A stretch of DNA of 64,000 bases, from contig DJVG01000043.1 of NCBI GenBank assembly GCA_002441095.1, forward strand, positions 2,254-66,253, given 5' to 3'. The notes beneath the pieces are model-generated. The model did not search any database and was not told the origin of the DNA. It saw nothing but the letters and a program-made list of their open reading frames with translations. The stretch is from Elusimicrobia bacterium UBA6262. Lineage in GTDB: Bacteria; CAYTYR01; UBA6262. Shown here piece by piece: positions 26,205-36,771 of this stretch (the first letter of the stretch is position 1; every line of letters begins with the position of its first letter). Made by a program: the position numbers and the translations under genes.

Positions 26205-27671
26205 TTACTCGCTAAAATCAACAAATACCGGATTTGTGACCAAGACTGTTTTTTCATTACTGATCTCGAGGCGGTAATATATTTTTTTACCAGCCTCATG
26301 GATCTTATCGGTATAGTTTATCATAAAAGGGGTCTTTACTTCAAATGTTTTAATTTTCAAGCCATTCCTGACCAATTGTATTTTAACCGGGCCCGGAACT
26401 CCTCCACCGCTGATCTCCAGTTGGGGATAGCCCTGTACCCGCAGCTGCTCGCCGGCCACGCTTGCAACTTGAGTCTTGGTGTCTGTGATCTTGAACTGCT
26501 GGAGCCTTAACTTCCTGTCTCCCTCGATCACATACAGGCGCCCTTTTTTCAAGGCCTCCAGGATAGCGGCCTGACTGAGTTCAGACACCAGAGCTACTGT
26601 CTCCAGGCTCTGCAAACGGCTGTCCAAATTTCCTCCCTGGTCATAGGCTACTGCAGCGATAGACCAGATCGGGGTGCTCCTTTGCCCGGCACAATATTCC
26701 TTTAAGATCGTATCCCATAGTCCGCCGATCTTTCCTATTTTATTGAATCCATCATAAAAAATAGCAAACCCGGTATAGCGCTGCGTCCGTAATAAATTAT
26801 CAGCATCATAACCAGTCTCAATACTGATATCACTCCGCTGGCTGATATTCGTCGCTTCCGGATGAGCCCAATATGTCAAAGCTCCGTGGCGCTCAGCGTA
26901 ATCAATAAGAAATTGATATGGCTGCGTACCCTTATCCCCGTGATACTGGTCGAAAGCCAGGCGGCGATAGGGATAATTATTAACTATTCCCAGTAAACTG
27001 AAAAATATTATTGTCAATCCCAGGGTGCGCCAGAATCCTGAATAAGGCCCTAAAGCATGTCCCTGTTCATCAGAATAGTTATATTTTCTTTTTCGGATAC
27101 AGATCACCCCCAGGATCAGCAGTAAAAACGGCCATAACAATTTCAGATCTGCTGTTTCCCAAGGCTGGCGCAAGCTTTTTTTGTTAACCACTGACGGCAA
27201 GTTCTCATAATCAGCGGCTTTATCCAAACCGATGACTAAGATGTGCTTATGCCAGTTCTTAAGCTTAAAGTTTTGGGTATAGGGACTTCCTTCCCAATAG
27301 TAGAAAGGAGCTGACTCAGTCCCGGGGATAATTATTATATCATTATATTGTTGCTGTAAGGCGGCTATTCTTTCCAGGTATTTTCCCGCGCCATAGGTGG
27401 CCAGGGAAGGCATACTTTGCCGGGTCTTGATCAAATTGCGTAAGGGCCATAAACCATATTCCCATTGTAAGTAATCGCGGTCAGTGATGACCACTGCCTG
27501 GAAACCATTATTACGGGCCAGACGGACGATCTCTTCCAATGGCAGATCACCGTCGCTGATAGTCGAACTGATATGTATCGCTACCGGAGCCTGCAGGTAT
27601 TCAGCGGCGACACTGAAGACCCCCTGAAATAGAGCCAATAAAACAAGTATAATTATGTTAATTATTTTCAT
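26205..27671 (-). CDS. hypothetical bitopic membrane protein with N-terminal degenerate PHP-like domain
   Basis: signal/TM, AIHISSTISDG...LEEIVRLARNNGFQAVVITDRD resembles PHP motifs I-III but with His substitutions; central TM LLWPFLLLILGVICI. Confidence 0.3.
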   Translation of the reverse strand: MKIINIIILVLLALFQGVFSVAAEYLQAPVAIHISSTISDGDLPLEEIVRLARNNGFQAVVITDRDYLQWEYGLWPLRNLIKTRQSMPSLATYGAGKYLERIAALQQQYNDIIIIPGTESAPFYYWEGSPYTQNFKLKNWHKHILVIGLDKAADYENLPSVVNKKSLRQPWETADLKLLWPFLLLILGVICIRKRKYNYSDEQGHALGPYSGFWRTLGLTIIFFSLLGIVNNYPYRRLAFDQYHGDKGTQPYQFLIDYAERHGALTYWAHPEATNISQRSDISIETGYDADNLLRTQRYTGFAIFYDGFNKIGKIGGLWDTILKEYCAGQRSTPIWSIAAVAYDQGGNLDSRLQSLETVALVSELSQAAILEALKKGRLYVIEGDRKLRLQQFKITDTKTQVASVAGEQLRVQGYPQLEISGGGVPGPVKIQLVRNGLKIKTFEVKTPFMINYTDKIHEAGKKIYYRLEISNEKTVLVTNPVFVDFSE

Positions 27672-28857
27672 CAGGCACCAAATCCAGATATAAATTATTA
27701 ATGCTGCGTACCATTTCTCTGGCGGTAAAGCGGGTAGTTACTTTTTCCTTAGCTGCCTGGCCCAGGTGTTCCCGTTTTTCACGATCTGTTAATAATTCGA
27801 CCAGGGCCCTGGCCATACTGCCGGCATCCTGCGCCGGGACCAGCAGTCCTGTTTCCTGGTCCCTGACTATTTCCGGCACTCCCCCGACCCTGGTTGCCAC
27901 TACCGGCACGCCATAGGCCGCGGCTTCAAGAATAATTCTGCCCACTGCTTCATTCAATGAGGGCAATACCAGGATATCCAGCACCCCCAGCAATTGTTCG
28001 ACATGTTCCCGCCAACCGGCAAAAACAAAATTACCGGTTAAGTTCGCCGTGCGGCACTGCTCTTCCATTTTTTTCCTAAGCGAACCTTCACCGATGACGA
28101 GAAATATTACATCCGGACAGGCAGCCGCCACTATTTTAGCCGCTTCTACCATTAGCAAAGGCCCTTTTACCGGTTCTAACCTGCCCACCATTCCTACTAC
28201 CCGGGCTGTAGCTGGCAGGCGCCACTCTTCTTTCAGCTTTTTGATCCCTTCCTGCGAGCTCTGGTACTTTTCTATTTCCAAGCCACTCTGGACCACAACT
28301 ACCTTTTTAGCGGAGGTGACACGATAATTGATCAGGTCGCTTTTTTCCAATTCGGTTAAAGCGATAAATTTATCGGAAAACCGGTCAAAAAACCTTTCTA
28401 TGGTGATCACTAATTTACTACCCCAAAATCCGAAATAACCATAAAAGTTATGCCCGTGAGACCAATGAACGATCTTTTTAACTCCGGCCAGCCGTGCCGC
28501 TAACCGCCCCAGGATGCCGGCTTTGGCAGTATGAGTTTGTACCAGGTCGAATTTTCCCGTGTGTAAAATATTATATATCTTAATCAAGGCTGCCAGGTCT
28601 TTTAAAGGATTGATCTCCCGCTGTAGTTGCGGGATATATCTTGTCCTGTTCTTGAATTGTTCCAGAAATTGCTGGTTCGTTTGCGAAATATGAGCTGACC
28701 GCCCGATGACCAGGGTGATATCAAATTTTTCCGGGTCCAGGCCCTGGCAGAGCAACCGCACTATATCCGGCGAGCCGCCCCAATCCATTCTTGTAATTAT
28801 TTGGGCAATTCTTATTTTTTTCACATTAATACCTGTACAATTCTGTGCAACGGGCAC
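27658..28857 (-). CDS. glycosyltransferase family 4 (GT-B)
   Basis: C-terminal EAVGRIILEAAAYGVPVVATRVGGVPEIV (E-x7-E-like GT4 motif). Confidence 0.8.
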   Translation of the reverse strand: MPVAQNCTGINVKKIRIAQIITRMDWGGSPDIVRLLCQGLDPEKFDITLVIGRSAHISQTNQQFLEQFKNRTRYIPQLQREINPLKDLAALIKIYNILHTGKFDLVQTHTAKAGILGRLAARLAGVKKIVHWSHGHNFYGYFGFWGSKLVITIERFFDRFSDKFIALTELEKSDLINYRVTSAKKVVVVQSGLEIEKYQSSQEGIKKLKEEWRLPATARVVGMVGRLEPVKGPLLMVEAAKIVAAACPDVIFLVIGEGSLRKKMEEQCRTANLTGNFVFAGWREHVEQLLGVLDILVLPSLNEAVGRIILEAAAYGVPVVATRVGGVPEIVRDQETGLLVPAQDAGSMARALVELLTDREKREHLGQAAKEKVTTRFTAREMVRSINNLYLDLVPDENN

Positions 28858-29980
28858 AGACCGGGAAGAGCCGGTGCTGTTTCAGCTGCCGCCGGAATTT
28901 TATCGCCTGTGGATCATTCCATAGTTCGGTAAACTTATTGTTTTTTATATTACCGTAAGTATAGCTAAAATTCAAGCAGGGTTTTACTTGCCCGTCGGGG
29001 AAAATATACGCAACCATCCAGGGACTCAGACAGCGGGCCGCCCCGCCGGAGGGCCGGTAGTTCTTGTTAGAGTAATAATCCAGTAATTCTTCCCGGGAGA
29101 AATTGGGATAAAAATCAACGCTGAACGGATAGGTACCGGCCTTGACCTGGGCGATCTTCCGGGAAAGCAGGCCTATATCCATACCCGGCTCAAAAATAAA
29201 ACCTTCCCAGGCTAATGAATCGCAACCCAGTTCCTGATTAATTTTTTCCTGTTCCTGGATAATTGACCGGTCCAGGAAGATCAAATTATGGAAAGTCAGG
29301 GAATTAGCCTTTACCTGCCGGGCTACTTCCGTCAACTGTTCCAAGTGCTGGTAGTTATCCCGGTTGATCGTGCATTGCAAATTGATCAAAGGAATTTTAC
29401 GGTTTTTCTGTTCTTTGTAATAATTTATTTTCTGCAAACCAGCCATGATCTGGTTGAACAACCCAGGCAAACCGCGGATCCGGTCATGCTCTTCGCCTTT
29501 CCCGTCCAGGGAAAGATTTAATTCATCCAGGCCGCTGGCGACTATTTCTTCGGCTGCCTTTTCCAATAGTGACCCGTTCGTGATCATCAGGCAATGCATA
29601 CCTTTTTGTTTGATCCGGCTGATCAGGTCTGTTACCGACGGATACAGCAGGGGTTCGCCGCCAAAAAGGGTAATATTGGGTCGGAAAACTGCCAGGTCGT
29701 CGATAACTGAGTTTAACTCAACGACGGATAATTCCTCCCGGATATGCTGGGAGGTATCCTTTTTAGTTACTCCCCCCTCGCCCCATTGGCCGCACATTTT
29801 ACAGCGCAGGTTGCAACGGTGCGTCAGGAATAAAGTAACTGCCTCGGGGTAGCTGCTTTTCCCCGCGCCAAAAACATACGAGCTAAAGCTGGCCAGTCTT
29901 TTTGAAAATACTTTTAAGGCATACCCCGGCTGCTTGAGGCTTTTATTTAAAAATCTCTGCCAATTTCTTAGTGCGTTCAC
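28826..29980 (-). CDS. radical SAM/SPASM-domain protein
   Basis: CNLRCKMC (CxxxCxxC) near N-terminus; C-terminal Cys cluster CLSPWMVAYIFPDGQVKPCLNF...PVCARC. Confidence 0.7.
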   Translation of the reverse strand: MNALRNWQRFLNKSLKQPGYALKVFSKRLASFSSYVFGAGKSSYPEAVTLFLTHRCNLRCKMCGQWGEGGVTKKDTSQHIREELSVVELNSVIDDLAVFRPNITLFGGEPLLYPSVTDLISRIKQKGMHCLMITNGSLLEKAAEEIVASGLDELNLSLDGKGEEHDRIRGLPGLFNQIMAGLQKINYYKEQKNRKIPLINLQCTINRDNYQHLEQLTEVARQVKANSLTFHNLIFLDRSIIQEQEKINQELGCDSLAWEGFIFEPGMDIGLLSRKIAQVKAGTYPFSVDFYPNFSREELLDYYSNKNYRPSGGAARCLSPWMVAYIFPDGQVKPCLNFSYTYGNIKNNKFTELWNDPQAIKFRRQLKQHRLFPVCARCTELYRY

Positions 29981-31158
29981 GCTATTGACTCCCGTATTAC
30001 TTTTATTATTTTTTCCAGGTCCGCCTCTGCTACTAGCGGGTGAACCGGCAAGGTCAGCATTTTTTCGGCGAAACCAGTAGCTACAGGAAATTCTTCCTGC
30101 CCATAACCTAAAGAAAAGAGCTGCTGGATCGGTTTTAAATATAAACGCGAAGTATCGATCTTATTCTGCTCCAGCGCTTTTTCAACTTTATCTCTCCCTG
30201 CTGTATCTTTAAACACTATTGGCAGGCGCAACACAGCCGGCTCTGTGCCTGGATATATCTCCGGGGTCATGATCCCTTGGGTATTCTTAAGCCCCTCGAT
30301 CAGGGCGAGGGCATTACTCAATCTTTGTTGGCTTACTTCTACTGTTTTTCTTAACAGCGCTATACCAATCCCGGCCTGCGACGAGGAATACTGCCCAACC
30401 TGGAAATCTTGGGGTAATTTATTATCCTTGAATTTCGCTATTAATGAATATCCCAGTCCATAAATAAGCGGCTGATTAGCCAGGGAAAATGCCATGATCT
30501 TGATCGGAGTGGCAATTTTCGGTATTAGGCCCAGCGGCGACAATTGCGCTATTTTAACCGCGATTTTCGCTGCCAGTTCATCGCTCCTGGTAGCGATACA
30601 GCCGCCACCGTATGTGGGCAGGTTCTTCCCGCGGTTAAAACTAAAAAAAGAAACATCAGAAAAATTGCCCACCGGCTGGTTATTGATCTTTGTCCCCCAG
30701 GCTTGGGCGCAATCCTCAATGACATATATATCTGACCGGCTTTTTTTAAATTTTTCTATTTCCGCCACCGCCAAGCCGAACATGTGCGGCATAACAATAG
30801 CCAGAGTATCATGAGTTACTGCTGCTGGCACTAAAGACAGGTCGATATTGAAATCTTTAGCTGAAATATCGCTGAGTACCGGTTTCAGCCCGGCTTTGAT
30901 AATGGGAAGGATCAAGGAAGGCGCAGTATATGCCGGTAATATTACTTCTTTTTTAGGTGAAACTTCCCGCAGCGCCTGCAGGATCAGATAAAAAGCGGTC
31001 AGCCCGGAATTCGTCAAATAAATATTTTTAATCGTCAAGTATTCAGCCAGGGCTTTGGCAAAAGCCACTTTTTGGTCATATATCATTCCCCGGAATCCCC
31101 AACCCAAATCAATCCAATTTAATGGAGCTCCTACTTGTGATAAACGTTTGATCTTCAT
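29977..31158 (-). CDS. DegT/DnrJ/EryC1/StrS-family PLP-dependent sugar aminotransferase
   Basis: 393 aa; FSFNRGKNL (PLP lysine region) and overall AAT-fold layout. Confidence 0.8.
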   Translation of the reverse strand: MKIKRLSQVGAPLNWIDLGWGFRGMIYDQKVAFAKALAEYLTIKNIYLTNSGLTAFYLILQALREVSPKKEVILPAYTAPSLILPIIKAGLKPVLSDISAKDFNIDLSLVPAAVTHDTLAIVMPHMFGLAVAEIEKFKKSRSDIYVIEDCAQAWGTKINNQPVGNFSDVSFFSFNRGKNLPTYGGGCIATRSDELAAKIAVKIAQLSPLGLIPKIATPIKIMAFSLANQPLIYGLGYSLIAKFKDNKLPQDFQVGQYSSSQAGIGIALLRKTVEVSQQRLSNALALIEGLKNTQGIMTPEIYPGTEPAVLRLPIVFKDTAGRDKVEKALEQNKIDTSRLYLKPIQQLFSLGYGQEEFPVATGFAEKMLTLPVHPLVAEADLEKIIKVIRESIA

Positions 31159-31823
31159 ATTTTCTCTATCTCCAAGACCATGATCGGAGCTATTCCCGCT
31201 GGCGGGAAGCCGATAGGCATCTGCCTGGTTATCTTCAAGCCGGCTGCGTCCAGGAGCGGTTTCAGTTCTGCCAGCCGGTATGTCCTTAACGGTAAATCCT
31301 TTACTGTACGGTCATAATACGGAGCCAGCTTATATTTAAAATACAACAACGGGTTATTGGCATTCCGGTAATCAAGGATCACCTTGCCGCCTTTTTTACA
31401 AACCCTGGATATTTCCTGGAAAACCTTACTAACTGTAACCAATGAATCCAGGTTAAAAACAGTATTGATACATACTACTGTCTCAAAATAAGAATCCGCG
31501 AAGGGCAATTTTGCGCCATCGGCCAGGGAAAGCTTTACCGTGCCTATTTCTTTACTGGCCAGCCTTTCTTTGGCTCGCTGTAATATCTCTTCCCAATTAT
31601 CCACGCCATGAAGTTCCAGGGATTTATTAACCAGTGCCAATTCAGCCAGGAACAAGGCCTCACCGCAACCTACTTCCAGCAAGCGACCGGAAGTTGCGGC
31701 GCTGATATTCAGGGCCGCGGCTCTTACTGCCGCCTGCCAATGTCCGCCTGAATATTCTCCTTTTTCCCCGGTCTTGGAAGTTGCCTTCAGGAGATAAGCA
31801 TAAATTTTTTCCAGCAGCAGCAT
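31155..31823 (-). CDS. class I SAM-dependent methyltransferase
   Basis: LLEVGCGEALF motif I. Confidence 0.7.
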   Translation of the reverse strand: MLLLEKIYAYLLKATSKTGEKGEYSGGHWQAAVRAAALNISAATSGRLLEVGCGEALFLAELALVNKSLELHGVDNWEEILQRAKERLASKEIGTVKLSLADGAKLPFADSYFETVVCINTVFNLDSLVTVSKVFQEISRVCKKGGKVILDYRNANNPLLYFKYKLAPYYDRTVKDLPLRTYRLAELKPLLDAAGLKITRQMPIGFPPAGIAPIMVLEIEKI

Positions 31824-31967
31824 AATACCATCTCATCCCTTCAGTAATTTATTTACTTTAATCTGTGCCGTGCCCGCCGGCGCTCTTTGGCGGGTAATCC
31901 CTGTCCGCCTCTGGCGGATATCTTTGAAATCTGTGTAATCAAGTATAGGAATTCTTACATTCTTATA

Positions 31968-32702
31968 CTAGTATTTAAACCAGGTATGATCCAGTTTTGC
32001 CTTGCAATATTCCCTTAATTTGTTTATTTTGTTGGTCTGGTCGAATAAAGCCTTGTTCTCGGTCCTTTTTTTAGAGACAAAGAGAACAGAATCGACCCGC
32101 CCCTCGACAATGAATTCCGGCGAGTTCAGAACCAACTCAGATATTGCCTTGTTAACTCCAGCTAAAAAAGCCGGATTCGTCTCCGGGAAATAATCATGAA
32201 AGGCGATAATACCCCCGTCTATAACCTTGCCCTGCCACAGCAGGATGTCCTGCTTCACTGCTTCGTATTCATGATTACCGTCGATAAACAGCAGCCTGAC
32301 CGGAGAGCTAAAATCCCTTACCGCTTCCTCAGACTTTTGAAACAGCGGCACTACTTGTTTAATAATTTTCGCCCGGGTCAGGTTCCGGATAAATTGTTCG
32401 CGTATTGACAGGTCAGGTTGCGGATCAATGGCATAGACCATCTCCCGGCCTGTCATCTTGCTGCCTAAAGCCAGGCAGATGGTAGTCCGTCCCTTAAAAC
32501 TGCCTATTTCCACTATCGCGCCGCCACCCCAGCCGTTTTTAGCGCACCGATACAAAAAATTACTTTCAATAAAAGAAGTCATCTGGCCCAGCTCACCGGC
32601 TTTTAGTAAAACAAACAGCAGCTTGAAATCACGGTAAGCAGCTAAGGCAAAAAAGACCTGCAAAATCCTCCTGGCTTTTTCCTTGAAAGAGACCAGCGGC
32701 AA
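31968..32702 (-). CDS. class I SAM-dependent methyltransferase (O-methyltransferase-like)
   Basis: VEIGSFKGRTT motif I, IDGNHEYE acidic motif. Confidence 0.6.
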   Translation of the reverse strand: MPLVSFKEKARRILQVFFALAAYRDFKLLFVLLKAGELGQMTSFIESNFLYRCAKNGWGGGAIVEIGSFKGRTTICLALGSKMTGREMVYAIDPQPDLSIREQFIRNLTRAKIIKQVVPLFQKSEEAVRDFSSPVRLLFIDGNHEYEAVKQDILLWQGKVIDGGIIAFHDYFPETNPAFLAGVNKAISELVLNSPEFIVEGRVDSVLFVSKKRTENKALFDQTNKINKLREYCKAKLDHTWFKY

Positions 32703-32706
32703 TTTA

Positions 32707-34488
32707 TTACCTTCTTTCTGTTTTCTGCCACAAACCCATTACCGCGGCAACCACGTCTGTCACGGTGATAGCTTTTAAACATTTTAAAGAAGCGCATTCT
32801 TTATTATTACAAGGAGCACAATCTGTCTGCTGGTAAAGGACCACTGCCTGTCCTGAGATATTCCGCGGATCGAACCTGATGATCTCTCCCGGCCCCAGCA
32901 CAGCTACCAGTGGCGTCTCTAAAACAGCAGCCAGGTGCATGGGCCCGGTATCATTCGTGATAAATATCCGGCAACGTTCGATCAGGGCTTCCAGCTCCAG
33001 GATAGTAAGTTTCCCGGACAAGTTTATTATTTGTGACTTATCCGCCCCGGCCAGGTCTTCCGCCAGCTGGTATTCATCTCTTGAGCCAGTGAGCACAAAT
33101 TTACATTTTACCTGTTGCTTAAGTTCGGCTATGACCTGGGCGAATCTCTCCTGCGGCCAGCGCCGGGAAGGCAGCCCGCCGGGATGGATCCCGATCACTA
33201 TGTCGCTGGCGGTAATATTTTCGCGGGCCAGTATCTGGGTCGTGGTTTGCCTGGCTTGTTCATCTATCTTGAGCGTAATTTTATTATTGGTCACCACTGC
33301 TCCCAAAGCAGCAGCAGTAGCGATATCATAATCCCTTTCATATGCCTGTCCGGGATCTGTTTCCGGGATCTTAATATCCAGAAAATGTCCCCGGCCGGCA
33401 GTATCCCGGCCGGCCTTCACTTTAGGTTTGATCAAGGCCATTAAAAGCTTCATCTTTTGGGCGCTTTTGTGAGAGGCCAATGTGCGCATATTGACCGCCA
33501 GGTCAAATTCTTGCTGCCGTAAAGAATTTACCGTGCCTATATCCCTGGCTATTTTCCCTCCTGGTATCGTACCGCCAAATTCCAGGTAAAATTTATAGAC
33601 CCGGTCAGCGACAGCCAAACTCCGGGCAAAATCATAATTCCGGGCTGAGACGAGCAAAGAGAGCTCACTGCCGGCATAGTGCCGGCGCAAAGCCTGCAAG
33701 GCCGGCAGTGATAATAAAATATCTCCCAGGCCGCCCAGGTTTATGATCAATATTTTACTTTTAGCTTTGGTCAGTTTTTTCGCCGCCATAATATAATTTG
33801 CTTTTAAATGCCGGCCAAAAGGCAACACTCCCAGCAACAGGTCAAATCTTTTCCATAACGCCAGCAAGAGCGGCACCCGGTCGAACAACTGCCAGGCTGG
33901 AACACGCATAACCCCAGGAATAAATCTTTCAACTATGAATCCCTGGGATTGCAGCATGGTTTTCATTTCCCGGGGAGTATATTCACGAAAATGAGGATCT
34001 ATATCTTTCCCCGGAGCGACTGCATAAACCGCCCGGCGCAGGATTTTCTTCAGCACAGCCGGGATACCTTTACCGACCAAAGTAATATAGTTATATTTAG
34101 AGGGCGTCGTTACGATCAGCATCCCGTTATTCTTGAGCACACGCCGCGCCTCGGAAAAGTAAACCAGCGGCTGGGGAGTATGTTCAATGACCTCAGATGA
34201 AATAGCGACATCAAAAGAACTATCCTTAAAAGGGATGGCTTCTCCCTTGGCTTGCACCAGGCAGCAACCCGTCCGGCCAGCTAACCTGGCTTTAGCTTCA
34301 GCCAGGGATAAAGCGGAATTATCCAAGCCATAAATCATGTCTCCCCGTCCGCTAAGCGCGATACGTTCCAGGTCAGCACCGCTGCCGCAACCAATATCCA
34401 GGATCTTGCCCGGACTATTTTCCAGAACCAGGTCAAACAGTTTATCTTTGAATCCCATGTTAAACTTAAGCACCCGAGAGATCGCCAT
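32707..34488 (-). CDS. bifunctional SAM methyltransferase (N-term) / glycosyltransferase family 9 heptosyltransferase-like (C-term) fusion
   Basis: ILDIGCGSGADL + SSEVIEHT in first 200 aa; KILIINLGGLGDILLSLPALQALRRHY GT9 signature from ~aa 240. Confidence 0.7.
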   Translation of the reverse strand: MAISRVLKFNMGFKDKLFDLVLENSPGKILDIGCGSGADLERIALSGRGDMIYGLDNSALSLAEAKARLAGRTGCCLVQAKGEAIPFKDSSFDVAISSEVIEHTPQPLVYFSEARRVLKNNGMLIVTTPSKYNYITLVGKGIPAVLKKILRRAVYAVAPGKDIDPHFREYTPREMKTMLQSQGFIVERFIPGVMRVPAWQLFDRVPLLLALWKRFDLLLGVLPFGRHLKANYIMAAKKLTKAKSKILIINLGGLGDILLSLPALQALRRHYAGSELSLLVSARNYDFARSLAVADRVYKFYLEFGGTIPGGKIARDIGTVNSLRQQEFDLAVNMRTLASHKSAQKMKLLMALIKPKVKAGRDTAGRGHFLDIKIPETDPGQAYERDYDIATAAALGAVVTNNKITLKIDEQARQTTTQILARENITASDIVIGIHPGGLPSRRWPQERFAQVIAELKQQVKCKFVLTGSRDEYQLAEDLAGADKSQIINLSGKLTILELEALIERCRIFITNDTGPMHLAAVLETPLVAVLGPGEIIRFDPRNISGQAVVLYQQTDCAPCNNKECASLKCLKAITVTDVVAAVMGLWQKTERR

Positions 34489-34492
34489 AACG

Positions 34493-35329
34493 CTATGCTC
34501 TGCCCTTCTGTTTTAATACTTTGTACTTGGCCAGTCCATAACCATATCCCAGGGAATAATAAATTTTTGCTGAAACCAGTAAAATTTTCCCTTGGCTAAT
34601 GGCTTTAAAGCCGGTCTGGAAAAACCTCATTGCTCTTTCCGGCCTGGTCTTAGGCGCTGAATAATGGATTATGCCGGCGGGATGGATATCTGAATTCAAA
34701 TGTGGATACCAGGCATCCACAAAAGCTACGCCTGCCCCATTGCGCAGATTAGTCCTGGCCAGTTGCCAATAATTATCCGGGCTCGGATGAAAACACCACG
34801 TTTTTGGCGCCAGCACAGTACGGTATCCGGCTTTTCTGATCCTCTCGGTCAGTTCAGAATCCTCCCCCCTGATCATCAACTCATTAAAACCGCCGAGTTT
34901 AGTAAACAGTTCTGCCCGCATGGCAAAGCAAGCTGACGGGACAACATAAACATCTGTCATAACATCAACGACTGGTGTTTCACTATGAGCAATTTCCCGG
35001 GCATAGCGCTTTTGAAAGGCTGAAGTTTGCGGCGGTAATCGTAAAGAAGCGCAGACCGCGCCCGGGGCCGGGGCAGCAACCAGGGCTGTGACCAAATTCT
35101 CCAGGTAAAGATCATTCCCCAGCCGGATATCACCGTCCAGGAAAGCCAGTATTTCTCCATTGGCTTTTTTAGCGCCTTCATTCCTGGCTTTGCCGGGAGG
35201 AGATACATCTGTGATCGTGATCACTTCTGTTTTAAGTGATGTATTTTGGCTATTAATATCCTGCAATAACCCGGTCAGGGCATCTTTTCTGCGACTGATA
35301 ATGATCACTGATACGACTTTATTACTCAT
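34493..35329 (-). CDS. glycosyltransferase family 2
   Basis: VSVIIISRRKD...FLDGD GT-A DxD layout. Confidence 0.7.
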   Translation of the reverse strand: MSNKVVSVIIISRRKDALTGLLQDINSQNTSLKTEVITITDVSPPGKARNEGAKKANGEILAFLDGDIRLGNDLYLENLVTALVAAPAPGAVCASLRLPPQTSAFQKRYAREIAHSETPVVDVMTDVYVVPSACFAMRAELFTKLGGFNELMIRGEDSELTERIRKAGYRTVLAPKTWCFHPSPDNYWQLARTNLRNGAGVAFVDAWYPHLNSDIHPAGIIHYSAPKTRPERAMRFFQTGFKAISQGKILLVSAKIYYSLGYGYGLAKYKVLKQKGRA

Positions 35330-36771
35330 GAAGCGGCAACCGCCTTTTTTGCTATCCGGTATAACAGGTTATTGAAGAATTTATGCCGTAAAACAATATT
35401 TTGTACAAAATTGCGCGTATAAAGATAGGCCAGTATTTTACCCAGCCAGCCCAGCTTTGCCAGCCTCCTGGACCAGGAACGTTGTGTAGTCAGGCTCATG
35501 ATGCGAAAGGCCCGCCGTAACGCTTTCTTTCTTTGCTGGTACGGCATTTCTTTAGTTTCAAAAAGCGGCTGGGCCTCATAGACCGGGTAAGTATTCAGGT
35601 ACTCTGCGGGATCTGCCAGTAGTTTGCCGTTCTGTCCGATCCAGTCAAACAGTTCAGTATGCGGAAAAGGAATAATATTATAAAAATATACGCAATTTAC
35701 CGGTGACTCCATAGCTATCTTGAAAGAATCTTCCAGGTCAGCCATGGTTTCTCCCGGCGAACCGACCAGGAAAAACAGGTCCACTTCATAACCCAGTTCA
35801 GCAGCTTCCTGTATCCGTGCTTTGATCGTAACTATGCTTTCCCTTTTTTTCAACATTTTCAGGACTTTATCGTTACCTGCTTCCACGCCCAGAGCGATCC
35901 GGTAGAAACCAGCTTCTTTCATCAGGCACAGTAAATCACGGTCAACCCGGTCCGCCCTGATCCCATTATCACAGCTCAGCTTCAAGCCGGTAAGGTTACT
36001 GGCTTTGACCAGCTCACAGAAACGCTGCACCCGCTCCCTGATCAAGGTAAAATTATCATCCCCAAAACTGAACCTGCGCCAGCCGCGCTCGTACCAGTAA
36101 GACAATTCAGTCATAATGCTTTCCGGACTGCGGGTGCGGAAATTCTCGCCAATGGAGCATTTCACCGGGCAGTAGATACAATCAAAAGGGCAGCCGCGCG
36201 AAGAGATGAGCGGCAAAGCATTCACTTCCCGGTTCAGTGAACGTTCCAATTCAAATGCCGCATACCGGGGGAAGGGAACCTGGTCCAGGTCCTTGATAAA
36301 AGGCCGGTCCCCGTTATAAATCACTCGCCCCTGGGCCCTGAAGATCAATCCTTTGATCCCAGCCGGGGGTTTCCCCTGGCAAAGTTCTGCCATGGTCTCT
36401 TCCCCTTCCAGTACGATGCCATAATCAAGCCCGTCGCAAGCCTGCAAAACTTCTTCCCGGAAGAGGGAAATATGAGGACCGCCGGCCGCGATCGGTATAT
36501 TAGGAAAATCTTTTTTTATTTTTCTGACCAGCCGGTAGGTTTCCTGGTAATGATAGGTCATAATGGAAAAGGCGATCAGGTCCGGGGCATCAGACAGGAC
36601 CTTCTTTCTCAGGTCCCTATAACTATACCCCAGGCTCATATCCAAAACAGTGATCGCCACGCCTGCCTGCGTAAGATATTCAGCTATATATCCTAACCCG
36701 GCGGAAAATACCACCCGCACCCGGTTACCGGAATAAGGAGGGTTGACTAATAATACTCTTTTAAAGTTCAC
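35326..36771 (-). CDS. B12-binding-domain radical SAM protein (class B radical SAM, likely C-methyltransferase/modifying enzyme)
   Basis: N-terminal Rossmann-like B12-binding region; SRGCPFDCIYC (CxxxCxxC). Confidence 0.8.
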   Translation of the reverse strand: MNFKRVLLVNPPYSGNRVRVVFSAGLGYIAEYLTQAGVAITVLDMSLGYSYRDLRKKVLSDAPDLIAFSIMTYHYQETYRLVRKIKKDFPNIPIAAGGPHISLFREEVLQACDGLDYGIVLEGEETMAELCQGKPPAGIKGLIFRAQGRVIYNGDRPFIKDLDQVPFPRYAAFELERSLNREVNALPLISSRGCPFDCIYCPVKCSIGENFRTRSPESIMTELSYWYERGWRRFSFGDDNFTLIRERVQRFCELVKASNLTGLKLSCDNGIRADRVDRDLLCLMKEAGFYRIALGVEAGNDKVLKMLKKRESIVTIKARIQEAAELGYEVDLFFLVGSPGETMADLEDSFKIAMESPVNCVYFYNIIPFPHTELFDWIGQNGKLLADPAEYLNTYPVYEAQPLFETKEMPYQQRKKALRRAFRIMSLTTQRSWSRRLAKLGWLGKILAYLYTRNFVQNIVLRHKFFNNLLYRIAKKAVAAS

